NCBI GenBank assembly: GCA_965222375.1
Contig: CBDCTZ010000015.1
Span: forward strand, 1,024,001 to 1,088,000
Length of the DNA stretch: 64,000 bases
From: Polyangiaceae bacterium
Lineage (GTDB): Bacteria > Myxococcota_A > Polyangia > Polyangiales > Polyangiaceae
Direction: 5' to 3'
Both the position numbers and the translations under genes were made by a program. Positions 17,037-27,157 of this stretch are shown piece after piece. Position 1 is the first letter of the stretch. The number at the start of each line of letters is the position of its first letter. The notes under the pieces were generated by a model that was not told the origin of the DNA, ran no database searches, and worked only from the letters and a program-made list of their open reading frames with translations.

Positions 17037-17129
17037 GCTTTTTACGCTTGCAGAACCCGGCGCGGCTGTCGACAGCGAGGCCCGCCGGCTCGACGGCAGG
17101 GCCGTCTGCGTGGTAGGGCGCACGACTCA

Positions 17130-17921
17130 ATGGACGAACACGGCGGAAACGGCGGCTCAAATCCGACGGACATCACAGTGGCGGTGCGCACCGCGCGGCG
17201 CGGGTTCCGGCGGGATGTCGAGCTGCTGGTCAAGTTGCTCGATCGGGGCCGGGTCTACGTTCCCCTGGCGAAGGCCATCGAGGGGGCGGCAGCGGGCGAA
17301 GAAGTCGAGGCGACCGAGGGCATGGAGATCGCTCCTCATATGTTGGTCGACGAGGAGGGCAACGTCTATGCGACGCTGTTCACGCGTACGGACCTGCTGG
17401 AGCCCTTGGTCGAGGAGCTGGAGTGGACCACCGATGACGGCCCGCTGGAGTTCGCGGCGGTGCCGGCGCGGGCTGCGTTGGAAATGGCCAGCGGAGTCGT
17501 GGATGAGGAGTCCGTCGCGGCCCTCGTCATCAACCCCATGCATGACTCCGAGCTGATGCTGCGACGTGACGAGTTGCGCAGCATCGTGGCCGGCAAGGCC
17601 ATCCCCCTCGTGGGCTACGTGAGCGAGATCCCCGAACAAGACTTCGAAGAGACCTTGTTGGCGGAGCGCGAGCTGCCCAAGGCGCTGTCGGACGCGGTCA
17701 AGGGTTGCCTCGATGGCTTGGATGGCATTCTGGGCTACGAACTGGTCTGGACGTTCAACGCCGAGCGTGACGTCGAGGCCCATCCGACCCTGAAGGTCCA
17801 GACCACTCGAGCTACCGACGAGCTCAGTGATTTGGCGCAGCGTATCGTGGAGAGCGTGAAGGACCACGTGCCCGCGCCGGGCTATATCGATGTGTTATTC
17901 GAGCGTACCGATTTGCAATGA
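17130..17921 (+). CDS. SseB-family (serine-sensitivity) domain protein
   Basis: VYVP, P.ML....G...A.LFT, LVINP pattern; ATGA coupling to next gene. Confidence 0.6.
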   Translation: MDEHGGNGGSNPTDITVAVRTARRGFRRDVELLVKLLDRGRVYVPLAKAIEGAAAGEEVEATEGMEIAPHMLVDEEGNVYATLFTRTDLLEPLVEELEWTTDDGPLEFAAVPARAALEMASGVVDEESVAALVINPMHDSELMLRRDELRSIVAGKAIPLVGYVSEIPEQDFEETLLAERELPKALSDAVKGCLDGLDGILGYELVWTFNAERDVEAHPTLKVQTTRATDELSDLAQRIVESVKDHVPAPGYIDVLFERTDLQ

Positions 17922-18790
17922 CAGACCCTCGCCCGGACTTACTCAAAGCGGGGCGCGACAAACTCAGCGCCATGGAGCGGGCTCAAATCCGCTGGATCGG
18001 TCGCACCTTCGAGCCCGGCCCCCGGGATCGCATCATTCGCGCTTGCCAGCGCACAGTCGGTTCCACCTGGATCCACCACTTCACCAAGCACTTGCGGTTC
18101 GTGCACAACTTGGAGCGCGTCCCGGACTTCGCTCCGGATCAAAGCTACATCTTCGTTTCGAATCACCGAAGCTTCTTCGACCTCTACGTGATCACGGGGG
18201 ATCTAGTGCGCCGGGGCTTAAAGCACCGCATCGTGTTTCCGGTGCGCTCGGATTTCTTCTATGACCGGGCCCTAGGGTTCTTCGTCAACGGCGTCATGAG
18301 CTTCTTCGCCATGTATCCGCCGGTGTTCCGCGACCGCAAACGCGCTGCGCTCAACCTGATCAGCTTGGACGAACTCGCCTGGCTCGTGAGGCGCGGTGGC
18401 GTCGTCGTGGGCGTGCACCCGGAGGGCACGCGCAAGCTCGATGACGACCCCTATACCTTTCTGCCGGCTCAGAGCGGCGTCGGACGGCTGATTCACAAAA
18501 GCAAGGTCACCGTGATCCCCGTATTCATCAACGGACTGATCAACGATCTAAGGCGTCAGGTACTGAGCAACTTCGACGGAACCGGACGGGAGATCCACGT
18601 CGTCTTTGGGTCCCCCGTGGACTTCGGCGACCTGTTGGGCAAACCCGGCAGCCCGCGCACCTACAAGGCCATCGCAGAGCGCTGCATGGAGATCGTGGGC
18701 GAGTTGGGGCAAGAAGAGAAGCGGCACCGCGCGGGTGGCGCAGCGGATGGTTCCACCCGCGCAGCGGCCGCTTCCAGGTCTGTTGGCTGA
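17918..18790 (+). CDS. 1-acyl-sn-glycerol-3-phosphate acyltransferase family
   Basis: NHRSFFD and HPEGTR motifs. Confidence 0.9.
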   Translation: MTDPRPDLLKAGRDKLSAMERAQIRWIGRTFEPGPRDRIIRACQRTVGSTWIHHFTKHLRFVHNLERVPDFAPDQSYIFVSNHRSFFDLYVITGDLVRRGLKHRIVFPVRSDFFYDRALGFFVNGVMSFFAMYPPVFRDRKRAALNLISLDELAWLVRRGGVVVGVHPEGTRKLDDDPYTFLPAQSGVGRLIHKSKVTVIPVFINGLINDLRRQVLSNFDGTGREIHVVFGSPVDFGDLLGKPGSPRTYKAIAERCMEIVGELGQEEKRHRAGGAADGSTRAAAASRSVG

Positions 18791-18801
18791 GCTCCGCTAG
18801 C

Positions 18802-19245
18802 TCATTCGTCGTCGAAGAACATGGGCTCGCGATGAGCCAAGAACTCTTGAATCGCGGCGTGGTCTTCGTCTGAAAGCTCCACGAAACGCAAGCCCACCCC
18901 CGGGGAGACGTTGCTGCGCTCGTGATACTCCCGCACCCAGCGCACTTCGCCCCTGGCGCGAACAGGATCCTCGCGATTGGGAAGGTTCAGGGTCACGTCC
19001 ATGAACTCGCCGACGGGCTTGAGCATGTGAGTGGCGATGAAGATCCCGCCAACACTCATGTTCTCGATGAAGCCGGCGTAAAAGTTGTGTTCGCTTTCGA
19101 AGGTCACATCCATTTCCACCGCGTAGCGTGAGAACACGCGCCGGTTGGGGCCATCTGCAGGCACCATGCTCGGCAAGCGCTTGATCTTCGCTTCCGGATG
19201 ATGACTAGGTTGGACGACGACCTCTTGTTCCGCTGCTGCTGCCAT
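18802..19245 (-). CDS. TIGR02266-family PilZ domain protein
   Basis: NRRVFSR, ESEHNFYAGF.ENMSVGGIFIAT, GEVRWVR, GVGLRF. Confidence 0.9.
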   Translation of the reverse strand: MAAAAEQEVVVQPSHHPEAKIKRLPSMVPADGPNRRVFSRYAVEMDVTFESEHNFYAGFIENMSVGGIFIATHMLKPVGEFMDVTLNLPNREDPVRARGEVRWVREYHERSNVSPGVGLRFVELSDEDHAAIQEFLAHREPMFFDDE

Positions 19246-19257
19246 TTTCGCTGCTCC

Positions 19258-20379
19258 TTACTTGCTGATTGGATGCGCTGCCGCCACCGCGAGTGGAGCA
19301 ACTTCGATGTGTCTTTTCGAGTCCTCGGTGTCCACGGCGCGGACCACGACTTGCTGGCCCAGCGTGGGCGTCGGCACGTGGCCAACGCTCTGGCCGATGT
19401 CGCCCACCTCACCTCCGTAGACGGTGATTCGGCGCGGCACGTCCGCGCACTGCCCCTCGCAGCTCTCGGGCACGAGCCCCAACTCGGAAACGATCATTCC
19501 ACCTTCGAAATGCGCGACGGCGGAATCCACCCGGAGCTGCGCCTCGTAGGCCACCCCAACACTGGCAATTGGAGTATCCCCAAGGCTCGGCAGAGCCACC
19601 GCCAACATGCAACCGGCGAGCGACATGGACAGCCCCGCGCGCCGACGGCGGCGTCGAGACACGAAGGGAATCATCCCCAGCGCCAGCACCCAGAACCCCA
19701 TCGCGCCGGCGTTGCGACCAAGAGCAACGCTGCAGCCCTGGGCACCAGCTTCGGCTTCTTGGGGCCCGCCTTCATACAATGCGAACAACTGCTCTAGATC
19801 TTCCGGTCCGGGTACGCGCTTCTTCACTTCCCCGGGCTGGGTGTAGGCGTACATCGTGGCGTGTTCGTGCTCGTAGTCTTCGCCAAGACCCAGGAAATGC
19901 CCCATCTCGTGGGTCATCGTGTTCTGCAGGTCATAGGCGACCGGCGCGTTCTTCCCCTTTGGCGCCTCACCATTGAGCTTCCGAAACTTGTGCTGGCCGT
20001 TGATGACGATGTCCGCGTCCAGCAGCACGCCGGTCTTGGTGTTGTAGGTCCGGACCGTGACCGCGAGAGCGCCTTTTACCTCCGGACAACCCTTCGGCTC
20101 GAAGCGAATCGAGTTTTCGTTCTTGCCGCCGGGCACATATCCGATGGGGCCGGTTTCGCCGGTCTTGAGGGTGAGCTCTGGAGAAGCATCCGAGGCACTT
20201 GCCCAGGCCAATCCGGCGTGAAGTGCGGCGGGAGTGCCGTGCAGCCCGGCATCCTCGAGGGACTCGTCTACGACGACTTCGACCCGGGGCTGGTGCCACT
20301 TCACCGGCGTGGCCCAGGCTTTTGGCGCAGCACAGAGTGCGGCCAGAGCGCTAAGACAAAGTGCGGTGCGACGGTTCAC
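19258..20379 (-). CDS. Matrixin (M10)-like secreted metalloprotease with internal MYXO-CTERM-like segment
   Basis: Signal peptide; DADIVIN, YDLQNTMTHEMGHFLGL, ATMY Met-turn; GCSV..TM..RRRRRR. Confidence 0.8.
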   Translation of the reverse strand: MNRRTALCLSALAALCAAPKAWATPVKWHQPRVEVVVDESLEDAGLHGTPAALHAGLAWASASDASPELTLKTGETGPIGYVPGGKNENSIRFEPKGCPEVKGALAVTVRTYNTKTGVLLDADIVINGQHKFRKLNGEAPKGKNAPVAYDLQNTMTHEMGHFLGLGEDYEHEHATMYAYTQPGEVKKRVPGPEDLEQLFALYEGGPQEAEAGAQGCSVALGRNAGAMGFWVLALGMIPFVSRRRRRRAGLSMSLAGCMLAVALPSLGDTPIASVGVAYEAQLRVDSAVAHFEGGMIVSELGLVPESCEGQCADVPRRITVYGGEVGDIGQSVGHVPTPTLGQQVVVRAVDTEDSKRHIEVAPLAVAAAHPISK

Positions 20380-20442
20380 GATCTAGGTGAACGGCCCCGG
20401 CCCTCACCGCTTGAACGAAAAACCTGCCCCTTGAGCGGCGAA

Positions 20443-22425
20443 CTACGAGAAATGTGAGCGGGTGCGCGTGCATGTGGGTGCGCGCACGACCTCGAGCAGA
20501 CCAGGCGGATTGAGCTTGTCCGCGTGATCGAGGCTGCTGGAATCAATCCGATACAGCCAGAGCCGAGGCGCGAAACCGAGCACCAAGATCAACACCCCCA
20601 CGGTGACGATGGTTGCGCGCTCACTTTCGCCCAGACCGACGTCACTGCGTCCGCCTTCCCTGGCGCTGCTTCCGGCGCTGAGCGCACGCTGAACGGCGGC
20701 AAACCCTGCCCCAGCGCCGAGGATCACCGCGGCGACGATGAGAGGCACCGCCCAAGTCCTCAGAGGCATCGTGGCGATGACCGTCTGCGCCAGAGCGATG
20801 AATCCCACGGTCGCTGGGGCTCCGGATGCGCCGGCGAGCCCGACCACTGTGCAGCCGACGAGTACGGGGTCCGGGGCAGCTTCTTCAGAGTCATCAGATT
20901 GCTCCGGCTGCGCCAAGCTCGCCGCCGACAGCACCGCCACCACGGACAGGGTGCGCGCGACGACGAGCAGCAGTGCCGCTTGAACCGCAGCGCCCGTCAG
21001 GGAGCCAAGGGCCACCAGGGTCAAGCTGGCAGAAATGCCACCCAAAGAGAGAACCAAACCTCGATTGTCTTTGCGCGAGACGGCTGACAGGGCGGCGAGC
21101 AGCGCGCCGGCAATGCCCAGGGCGACCAAAGTCTTGGACGACCAAATCAGACCCGCGGGAACCAACCCGACCAGGAAGCGAACCAGTCCGTAGCCCGCGG
21201 TCGCACTCACAGCCGCGAGCAACACAATCTGAACTGGAAGGCTGGAGCGCTGAGCCAGGGGCTTCGCGTAGCCCCCCAGCAGCGGAACTCCCAGCAGCGG
21301 CAAAAGACCAATCAAGAGCAGCGGCACCACGATCCGCGCGGGGTGCCCGCCCGCCAGGACTCCGTGATCGATGACGTAGGGCAGCTCCATGAACGAAGTC
21401 ACTCGGGTCACGGCAGTGCCATCGAGCAATAGCCCCTTGCTGGATAGCGCGAGCAACCAGAGCCCTCCGGCCGTCACGAGCGGTGCGCCCGCAACGACAG
21501 CACCCGCTCGCCCGCAGCCATGAGCCCGGCACAGCCAGGCGGAGGCGCCGGCCAATGCCACCCAACCCACGCTGACGGTCGCCACGTCTTGGCCCACGAT
21601 GACCATCGAGAGGGCGGCCTGAACCAGGGCCAGCGCAGCCCAAATTGCCGTGCGAGCCTCCTTGCGACCCAGAGCTGCAGCGGCGAGGACGAGCAGTGGA
21701 ATCAGAATCGCAAAGGTGACGGAAAGCCCGTCCAAGCCGTAAGCAATCTCGATGGATGCGCGCGGAATGAGGATCGTGCGCTCCAGCCAATGGAACCCTT
21801 GGCCACCGTCGTAGCGGGACAGCGCCGGGTCCATACGGACGGCGCAAGCCAAGCTCAGCACCGCAGACCCCAGCGCGCCGGCACCAACCACCTTGCGCGC
21901 GGCATCCGGCGGCAACTTCTTGCGGACCAAAAGCAGCCCGATGGCGACGACCAGCGGGATCAAGATCAACGCGAAGGGAAAGTGGCGCAAGGGGTCGCCT
22001 TCGAGGCGGTGCGCATTGAAGGCAACGCCGATAGCCTGGGGCTCCGGGTCGCCGGCTGCAGCGACCAAGATATGCCCTCGGAAGCGCCGGACGCGAGAGT
22101 CCCGCCTCGGCGCGTAGCGCACCACGGCCTCTGCCTTGGCCCCCGGGGCGATCCGGGTCCTGCCCGCCGCCATTTCGACTTTGGTTTCGCGAGGTACGTG
22201 GGGTGCGTACTCTCCGCCCGTGCGCACTTCGAGTTTGGAGATCTCGACGGGCTCGGTCCCGGTGTTCAGAATCGCAAATCGCCCGGAGTATTCTCGGGCG
22301 GCTCCGCGCAGCTCGATGCCGGGCGCATCCTTTTCAGGAGCTAGCCGAATTTGCGGTGCGGCGCTAGCCAGGTCTGAAAAGCAGACCAGCGATAGCAAGA
22401 GCAGCAATCCGAAAGCACGACTCAT
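20443..22425 (-). CDS. Divergent NuoM-like membrane protein with N-terminal Ig-like domain
   Basis: YGLDGLS, GYGLVRF, G.PATVGFIAL, LGFAP NuoM-like motifs; signal peptide plus Ig-like NTG.EPV.I domain. Confidence 0.65.
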   Translation of the reverse strand: MSRAFGLLLLLSLVCFSDLASAAPQIRLAPEKDAPGIELRGAAREYSGRFAILNTGTEPVEISKLEVRTGGEYAPHVPRETKVEMAAGRTRIAPGAKAEAVVRYAPRRDSRVRRFRGHILVAAAGDPEPQAIGVAFNAHRLEGDPLRHFPFALILIPLVVAIGLLLVRKKLPPDAARKVVGAGALGSAVLSLACAVRMDPALSRYDGGQGFHWLERTILIPRASIEIAYGLDGLSVTFAILIPLLVLAAAALGRKEARTAIWAALALVQAALSMVIVGQDVATVSVGWVALAGASAWLCRAHGCGRAGAVVAGAPLVTAGGLWLLALSSKGLLLDGTAVTRVTSFMELPYVIDHGVLAGGHPARIVVPLLLIGLLPLLGVPLLGGYAKPLAQRSSLPVQIVLLAAVSATAGYGLVRFLVGLVPAGLIWSSKTLVALGIAGALLAALSAVSRKDNRGLVLSLGGISASLTLVALGSLTGAAVQAALLLVVARTLSVVAVLSAASLAQPEQSDDSEEAAPDPVLVGCTVVGLAGASGAPATVGFIALAQTVIATMPLRTWAVPLIVAAVILGAGAGFAAVQRALSAGSSAREGGRSDVGLGESERATIVTVGVLILVLGFAPRLWLYRIDSSSLDHADKLNPPGLLEVVRAPTCTRTRSHFS

Positions 22426-24779
22426 GGCTTCCTCTTGCGGTTCTTCTTTTTCGGGCGCTTCTTCGACTGAGCGGGCGGCGCTTCGATGTCCGGATCCGAC
22501 GGGTCCGTTTCGGCGGCTGCGTCCTTCGAATCCGATGCGTCCACTTTCTCGGGTGCGTCGTGCGAATCCGACGGCTCCGCCTCGGAGGCTGAGTCTTGCG
22601 CATCCGTTCGGGCCTCTGGGCCCGCGGGCTCTGCAGGCGCCGCGAAGACGGCGTCTTCGAAGCGATTGATGGCCGCGCCGACCCCCGCAAAGGCCGGGGC
22701 CAGGGGGGCCTGTTCTGGTTCGCGCACGAACAAGCCGTGCAGGGGCCGCTTCGATTCCGAGGCCTCGAAGTCGTCTCCAGAGTAGCGCCGCCTCGCCAAG
22801 AAGAAGCCGACGAGGGCGGGGAGGAAGCCGACGCCGACCCAGATCAATTGCACGTCACCCAAGAGCCGCATGCTGGGAGCTTCCACCGCGGGCGTTCGGA
22901 AGAGCGCGGCCAGCCAGGCCGGTGGCGTGCCGATGAGCGGCCCGGAGATGGCGACTCCTCCCAGCACGATGCCGACGACTGAGAGCACCCACGACCACGC
23001 GCTTCTGCTCGAAGGCTTGGAGCCCGAAGCCGACTCACATGCCGCAAATGCCAAGCGCCACACGGCAAAGGCGACCAACCCGAGGCCTATCGCCGTCACG
23101 CCGGCGATGACGAACCCGGGGATCACGCTGCCCTGCATGCCGGCCCCGGCGCGCAAAAGTGCATCTCGGCCAAAAAACGCTCCGAGAAGGGGCACGGGGG
23201 CGCCGCTGGCAACCGCCGCAGCCAAATACGCCGCTCTGCGATCGACGCCGCGGCTGCCTTTGGCCATCGACCATGCGCCCGTAGCCAGGAGCAGCGCACA
23301 CAGCCCGATTGCCGTGACGACCGCGAAGAGCACCGCCCGGGCACCCGCGCCTGCAGCGACGCCCGCGAGCGCAGCGAGCAGCGCAGCGCTCGAGGCTTCC
23401 ACGAAGACTCCACGAGAACTTCGAGCGAAGCCGGCCCGCGCAGCAAAGCCTCCACACAGCACGCCGGCAAGCAACGCCACCCACGCCGCAGCTGTTTCGT
23501 TCATCGCAAACACGTATTCAAAGCGATGCATGAAGACGGCTGCAGCCAGCGACAGCAGCACACTGATGCCCGCAGCCAGGGTGTCACTCCGTTCGTCGTC
23601 TCTGGGCGAGGACAGCGCGAAACCGAGAACCGAGAGCAAAAGCAGGGCGCTCACCCAAGTCGTTGCGTAGAGTCCACCGAGTCGACGCGAAGAAAGCCCG
23701 GCACGGTGGACGAAGCTGCCGCTGCTATCGCGCAGGCGCATTTGGTCGGTGGCGGCCCGTGGCGACAGGGTAGGCCCAGTGGCGACGATCGAGGTGCGGA
23801 CGCTCGGATAGATGCGCACCTTTTCCGCGCTCAGGTCGTAGCTGCCGGGTCCGGTGAAAACGGTCAGATCGTGAAGCGCCGCGGGGAACTCGAGGCCGAC
23901 GAAAGGTGCGCGCGCCTGCTTCTTGCAGGGACGGCTTGGGATACCGATCCCGCCATGCCTGCCGTCCGCGTCGCGCTCGCACAACTGCGCGGTGCCGACC
24001 TTCACCCGGGAGCCGCTGAGGGACAGCATCTCGATTCGCCCGTTTGCATCCCGCGGCAGGCGGGTCTTCTTCGCCGCTTTGGGCAAGGCATCCGGATCCT
24101 GCACGCCCACGAGTCGTGGTCGAAAATCCACCAAGAAGTCGCCACCCGGAGCCCAAGACCCCGACAACCCCCAAAACACGACGCCAGCGGCGGCGAGAGC
24201 CATCAGCTCAGTCATGCGTTGAGCGGCGAAGCCAGCTCCGCGGGCAGCCTTGCCCTGGCGCGTGGCAGAGACGAGCAGTGCCAAGGCGGTATGAGCGAGC
24301 GCCCAACCCGCGATGGCCATCACCACGTCGTCAGCGAGGATGCTGAGTTGAACGGCGCCCGCAACGGCAAGCACGGCGCCGAGCCGCCCCATGTCCGCGC
24401 CCTTGCGCTCGTGCACGACGAAGCCCAATACGGCAAGGGTCGACGCCAGAAGCGCAGCCCCAGACACTGTGTCCAACAGCAAGGACAGCTCGATACTCAC
24501 CGAGCTGATCCGGGCCAGCGTCCACAAGTGGCAAATCAGCAACTGGGGCTTTGCGGTTGAGAGCAGGAGAAAGCCCAGCGCGTAGAGAGTTACGGCGACG
24601 GACAGGGCGGAAGCGACTAGCGCGCCGTTGCGCGCGAGCCCTTCGGCCGGCTTGTGTTGCTCTCCGGTCAGATAGGCCGCCCGCAAACACAGCAGCGTGC
24701 CGATCCAGGGCGCTGCCACCACGACCCACAGAGTGAAGTCCAGCTCCACGCGATCCAGTTGTCCGGCCAGCTCAAACAT
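22422..24779 (-). CDS. Divergent NuoL-like membrane protein with large extracytoplasmic insertion
   Basis: LLLDTVS, LADD....GW, SGAP..LLGAFFGRDALL (cf. GFFSKDAIL); many TM helices; ATGA-coupled to the NuoM-like gene. Confidence 0.6.
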   Translation of the reverse strand: MFELAGQLDRVELDFTLWVVVAAPWIGTLLCLRAAYLTGEQHKPAEGLARNGALVASALSVAVTLYALGFLLLSTAKPQLLICHLWTLARISSVSIELSLLLDTVSGAALLASTLAVLGFVVHERKGADMGRLGAVLAVAGAVQLSILADDVVMAIAGWALAHTALALLVSATRQGKAARGAGFAAQRMTELMALAAAGVVFWGLSGSWAPGGDFLVDFRPRLVGVQDPDALPKAAKKTRLPRDANGRIEMLSLSGSRVKVGTAQLCERDADGRHGGIGIPSRPCKKQARAPFVGLEFPAALHDLTVFTGPGSYDLSAEKVRIYPSVRTSIVATGPTLSPRAATDQMRLRDSSGSFVHRAGLSSRRLGGLYATTWVSALLLLSVLGFALSSPRDDERSDTLAAGISVLLSLAAAVFMHRFEYVFAMNETAAAWVALLAGVLCGGFAARAGFARSSRGVFVEASSAALLAALAGVAAGAGARAVLFAVVTAIGLCALLLATGAWSMAKGSRGVDRRAAYLAAAVASGAPVPLLGAFFGRDALLRAGAGMQGSVIPGFVIAGVTAIGLGLVAFAVWRLAFAACESASGSKPSSRSAWSWVLSVVGIVLGGVAISGPLIGTPPAWLAALFRTPAVEAPSMRLLGDVQLIWVGVGFLPALVGFFLARRRYSGDDFEASESKRPLHGLFVREPEQAPLAPAFAGVGAAINRFEDAVFAAPAEPAGPEARTDAQDSASEAEPSDSHDAPEKVDASDSKDAAAETDPSDPDIEAPPAQSKKRPKKKNRKRKP

Positions 24780-25053
24780 CTCGGGATTGCGCGACGCACA
24801 GGGTAGCGCGGCGCGGACGGTAACGCGCCGGGGACACCGCCTTCAAGCTTCCGGAGGCTACGGTCCGAAGTCGGGGCGATTCGCACGCTCCACGGGATCC
24901 GCGGGGCTGCGGCAGCTGGCCAACGCGCGAGGTTCGGGCAGCATCCTCGCCCCAGGCACGCTCGGGTCGGCCTGGGCCCTTGTGGCCGAGCCCCACCATG
25001 CGGTGGCACGCATCCAGCGCTTCAGACTCGCCAATTCGCTGTACGCGACATCG

Positions 25054-25776
25054 TCAATCCGGCGCCGTTCCCGCCTCAGGGCCCGGCGAAGAGTGATTCA
25101 ACACCGCTGTCACGACGTCTTCGGCTTCGAAGTCGTTGTTGTCCCAAGCCCGGATCTCATTCAACCCAGGTGCCCATAAGGCGGCCTTCACTCCGTGATT
25201 GATGGTGCCTTTTCTGTCGGGCAAGGCCAAGACGCCAATCAATGACGGAAGTCCCTTCCGCATCAGGCCGTTGGGGCCCGTAGCGAGGGTCCAATTCGAA
25301 AAGTCGACGTCATAAAGTTTTCCGTATTCCTGAAGCGCTCTTGGCGTGTCGTTGTCGGGATCCAACGTCAAGCTCAGGAGGCGCAACACACGCCCTTCCG
25401 TTTCCCCTTGTGCCTGGCGTTGTCCCCACGCCACCTGCACCTCGCGCATCTTGGTCATGGTGAGCGGGCATGCCTTTCGCACCTGGCAGTGGCTGAACAC
25501 GAGCCCCACCAGCACGTAGCCGTCTGCCAGCTCGGAAAGTCGGAACGATTTGCCAGCTTGATTGACCAATTCGAAGTCGGGGATCGGAGCTGGGTGGTCC
25601 CATTCGTCCACCAACTTCTGCCAGTCCTGCGTAGGCTCGTGCGGCTGAGCTTCACGGGTGGGTGGCGGTGCCGAGTTGGGCTCGGGTTGGGCGCCAACCG
25701 CTGCAGGAGTACACGCGCCAGCAACGAGCAACGCGGCAACTTTCCAAATATCAAATCCACGATGTAGCCAGGTCAT
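25054..25776 (-). CDS. SCO/SenC-family copper chaperone lipoprotein
   Basis: PDFELVNQAG, C.....CP, SLTLDPDNDTP, W.LATG, conserved H (INH). Confidence 0.85.
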   Translation of the reverse strand: MTWLHRGFDIWKVAALLVAGACTPAAVGAQPEPNSAPPPTREAQPHEPTQDWQKLVDEWDHPAPIPDFELVNQAGKSFRLSELADGYVLVGLVFSHCQVRKACPLTMTKMREVQVAWGQRQAQGETEGRVLRLLSLTLDPDNDTPRALQEYGKLYDVDFSNWTLATGPNGLMRKGLPSLIGVLALPDRKGTINHGVKAALWAPGLNEIRAWDNNDFEAEDVVTAVLNHSSPGPEAGTAPD

Positions 25777-25782
25777 TTCACT

Positions 25783-26724
25783 CTACTCGCCAGAAGGTTT
25801 CTCTGTGGGGCGGTCGATGACGCCAACCTCGAGGGATCTCGCCCGGCCCGACTCGACAAGGACTTTTCTGGGCCTGCCAGAGTAGACCCAAGCGGTCACG
25901 CCTTTCCTCACTTCGAATGTGTCCGTCGGTTTGCCCAGCGCCTGGTCGAGCTCGGCGTAGAAGTCGTCATGCTTATCCTTGCTTGGAAGTGAAGTAGCTT
26001 TCCACCCGACCACCTTTGCCGAGCCGTCGAGGTGAATCGTTAACGTTGGGGTCAAACCGCAACCCATGCCAAATCCCGAGGTCAAGAACAGCTTCGACTT
26101 GGGGCGGTACTTGCCATGGAGTGACTCGGCGAGAGCTGTGAGTTCGTCTGGCGTCGAGCCCAAGAGTGCCTTGGCACCGAACCCCGGTTGCCCCTTCGCC
26201 TCCGCGAAGAACGCACTTCGCGGATAGGACACATCTAGTCTGACCTGCCACGTCTTGTCCTTGTTCCGGCGATCTTGCGGGTTGAATTTGGCCCGAATCT
26301 TCTCGGCGGGATTGGTCCAACAGTAGGTGGACTCGGTTTTGCGCACGGGCTCGCCCCAGGCTTCGATTAGAACCTGGTGAAACTCCTTCTGGGTCTTGTC
26401 TTTGGGATAAACGACATCGATCGTCTTGATGCGACCCAGGTGTGGCCGGACGAACACGGACACGTGCTCGTCGTACTCGGGAGCGGTCACGACGTAGGAA
26501 CCCAAGGCCGGCTCGCCCAACTCGGGCACCACCGAACGCGCTTCGTCCTCTTTCATCAGCAAGCGTAGCTTCGACACGTTCGCTGGAATGGACGGCTTGG
26601 CGCCAAGGAGGTCCTTCAAAGACTTAGTGCTCCCCGATTCTGAACCCCTCTTGCATGCCAACAAAGCGACGAGCACCAGGCCCCCCAACCCAACCCGTGC
26701 AATTCTCACAAACGTGCCCCGCAT
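25783..26724 (-). CDS. Hypothetical lipoprotein
   Basis: Lipobox LLAC; start uncertain. Confidence 0.65.
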   Translation of the reverse strand: MRGTFVRIARVGLGGLVLVALLACKRGSESGSTKSLKDLLGAKPSIPANVSKLRLLMKEDEARSVVPELGEPALGSYVVTAPEYDEHVSVFVRPHLGRIKTIDVVYPKDKTQKEFHQVLIEAWGEPVRKTESTYCWTNPAEKIRAKFNPQDRRNKDKTWQVRLDVSYPRSAFFAEAKGQPGFGAKALLGSTPDELTALAESLHGKYRPKSKLFLTSGFGMGCGLTPTLTIHLDGSAKVVGWKATSLPSKDKHDDFYAELDQALGKPTDTFEVRKGVTAWVYSGRPRKVLVESGRARSLEVGVIDRPTEKPSGE

Positions 26725-27157
26725 CTCTGCCTTCTGCTCTGTCACTGCTACGTCTCCGTTCCCCACCGTGCCGGTCCTCTTGCCAGCCCTACCCGACACC
26801 GTGGCCCCTTTTCGCATCTGGGCTGGGCACTCACCCCAACGCCGCCCCCTGGCTGCGCAGCAGACCCATCTGGAGACAGGCGCCGGCGCCAGCGAAGCGT
26901 CCGCCACTGACCCCAGAGTTGTTGCCGGTCAAATTCGGTCTCAGCGTTGACGAAAAACGCACCGGGTACGACCAGCTCCCCCCCAGATTGCGCGCACGCA
27001 AGGCAGACACAAGCGCACTACGCTTGCGAACACCATGCCCGAGCCCGCATCGAGGAAACTCGGGGAATCCAAGGGGCGCACGCGTCTCATCGGCGCGAAT
27101 CTGTCCCAGCGCTGAGACACTCGCGCAACACGCCACCCACGACGCCAGAGGAAGCGC

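Noticed and set aside
17130..17921. Link between this SseB-family gene and the T3SS filament SseB
   Set aside because: Name coincidence; the serine-sensitivity SseB family is unrelated to SPI-2 SseB
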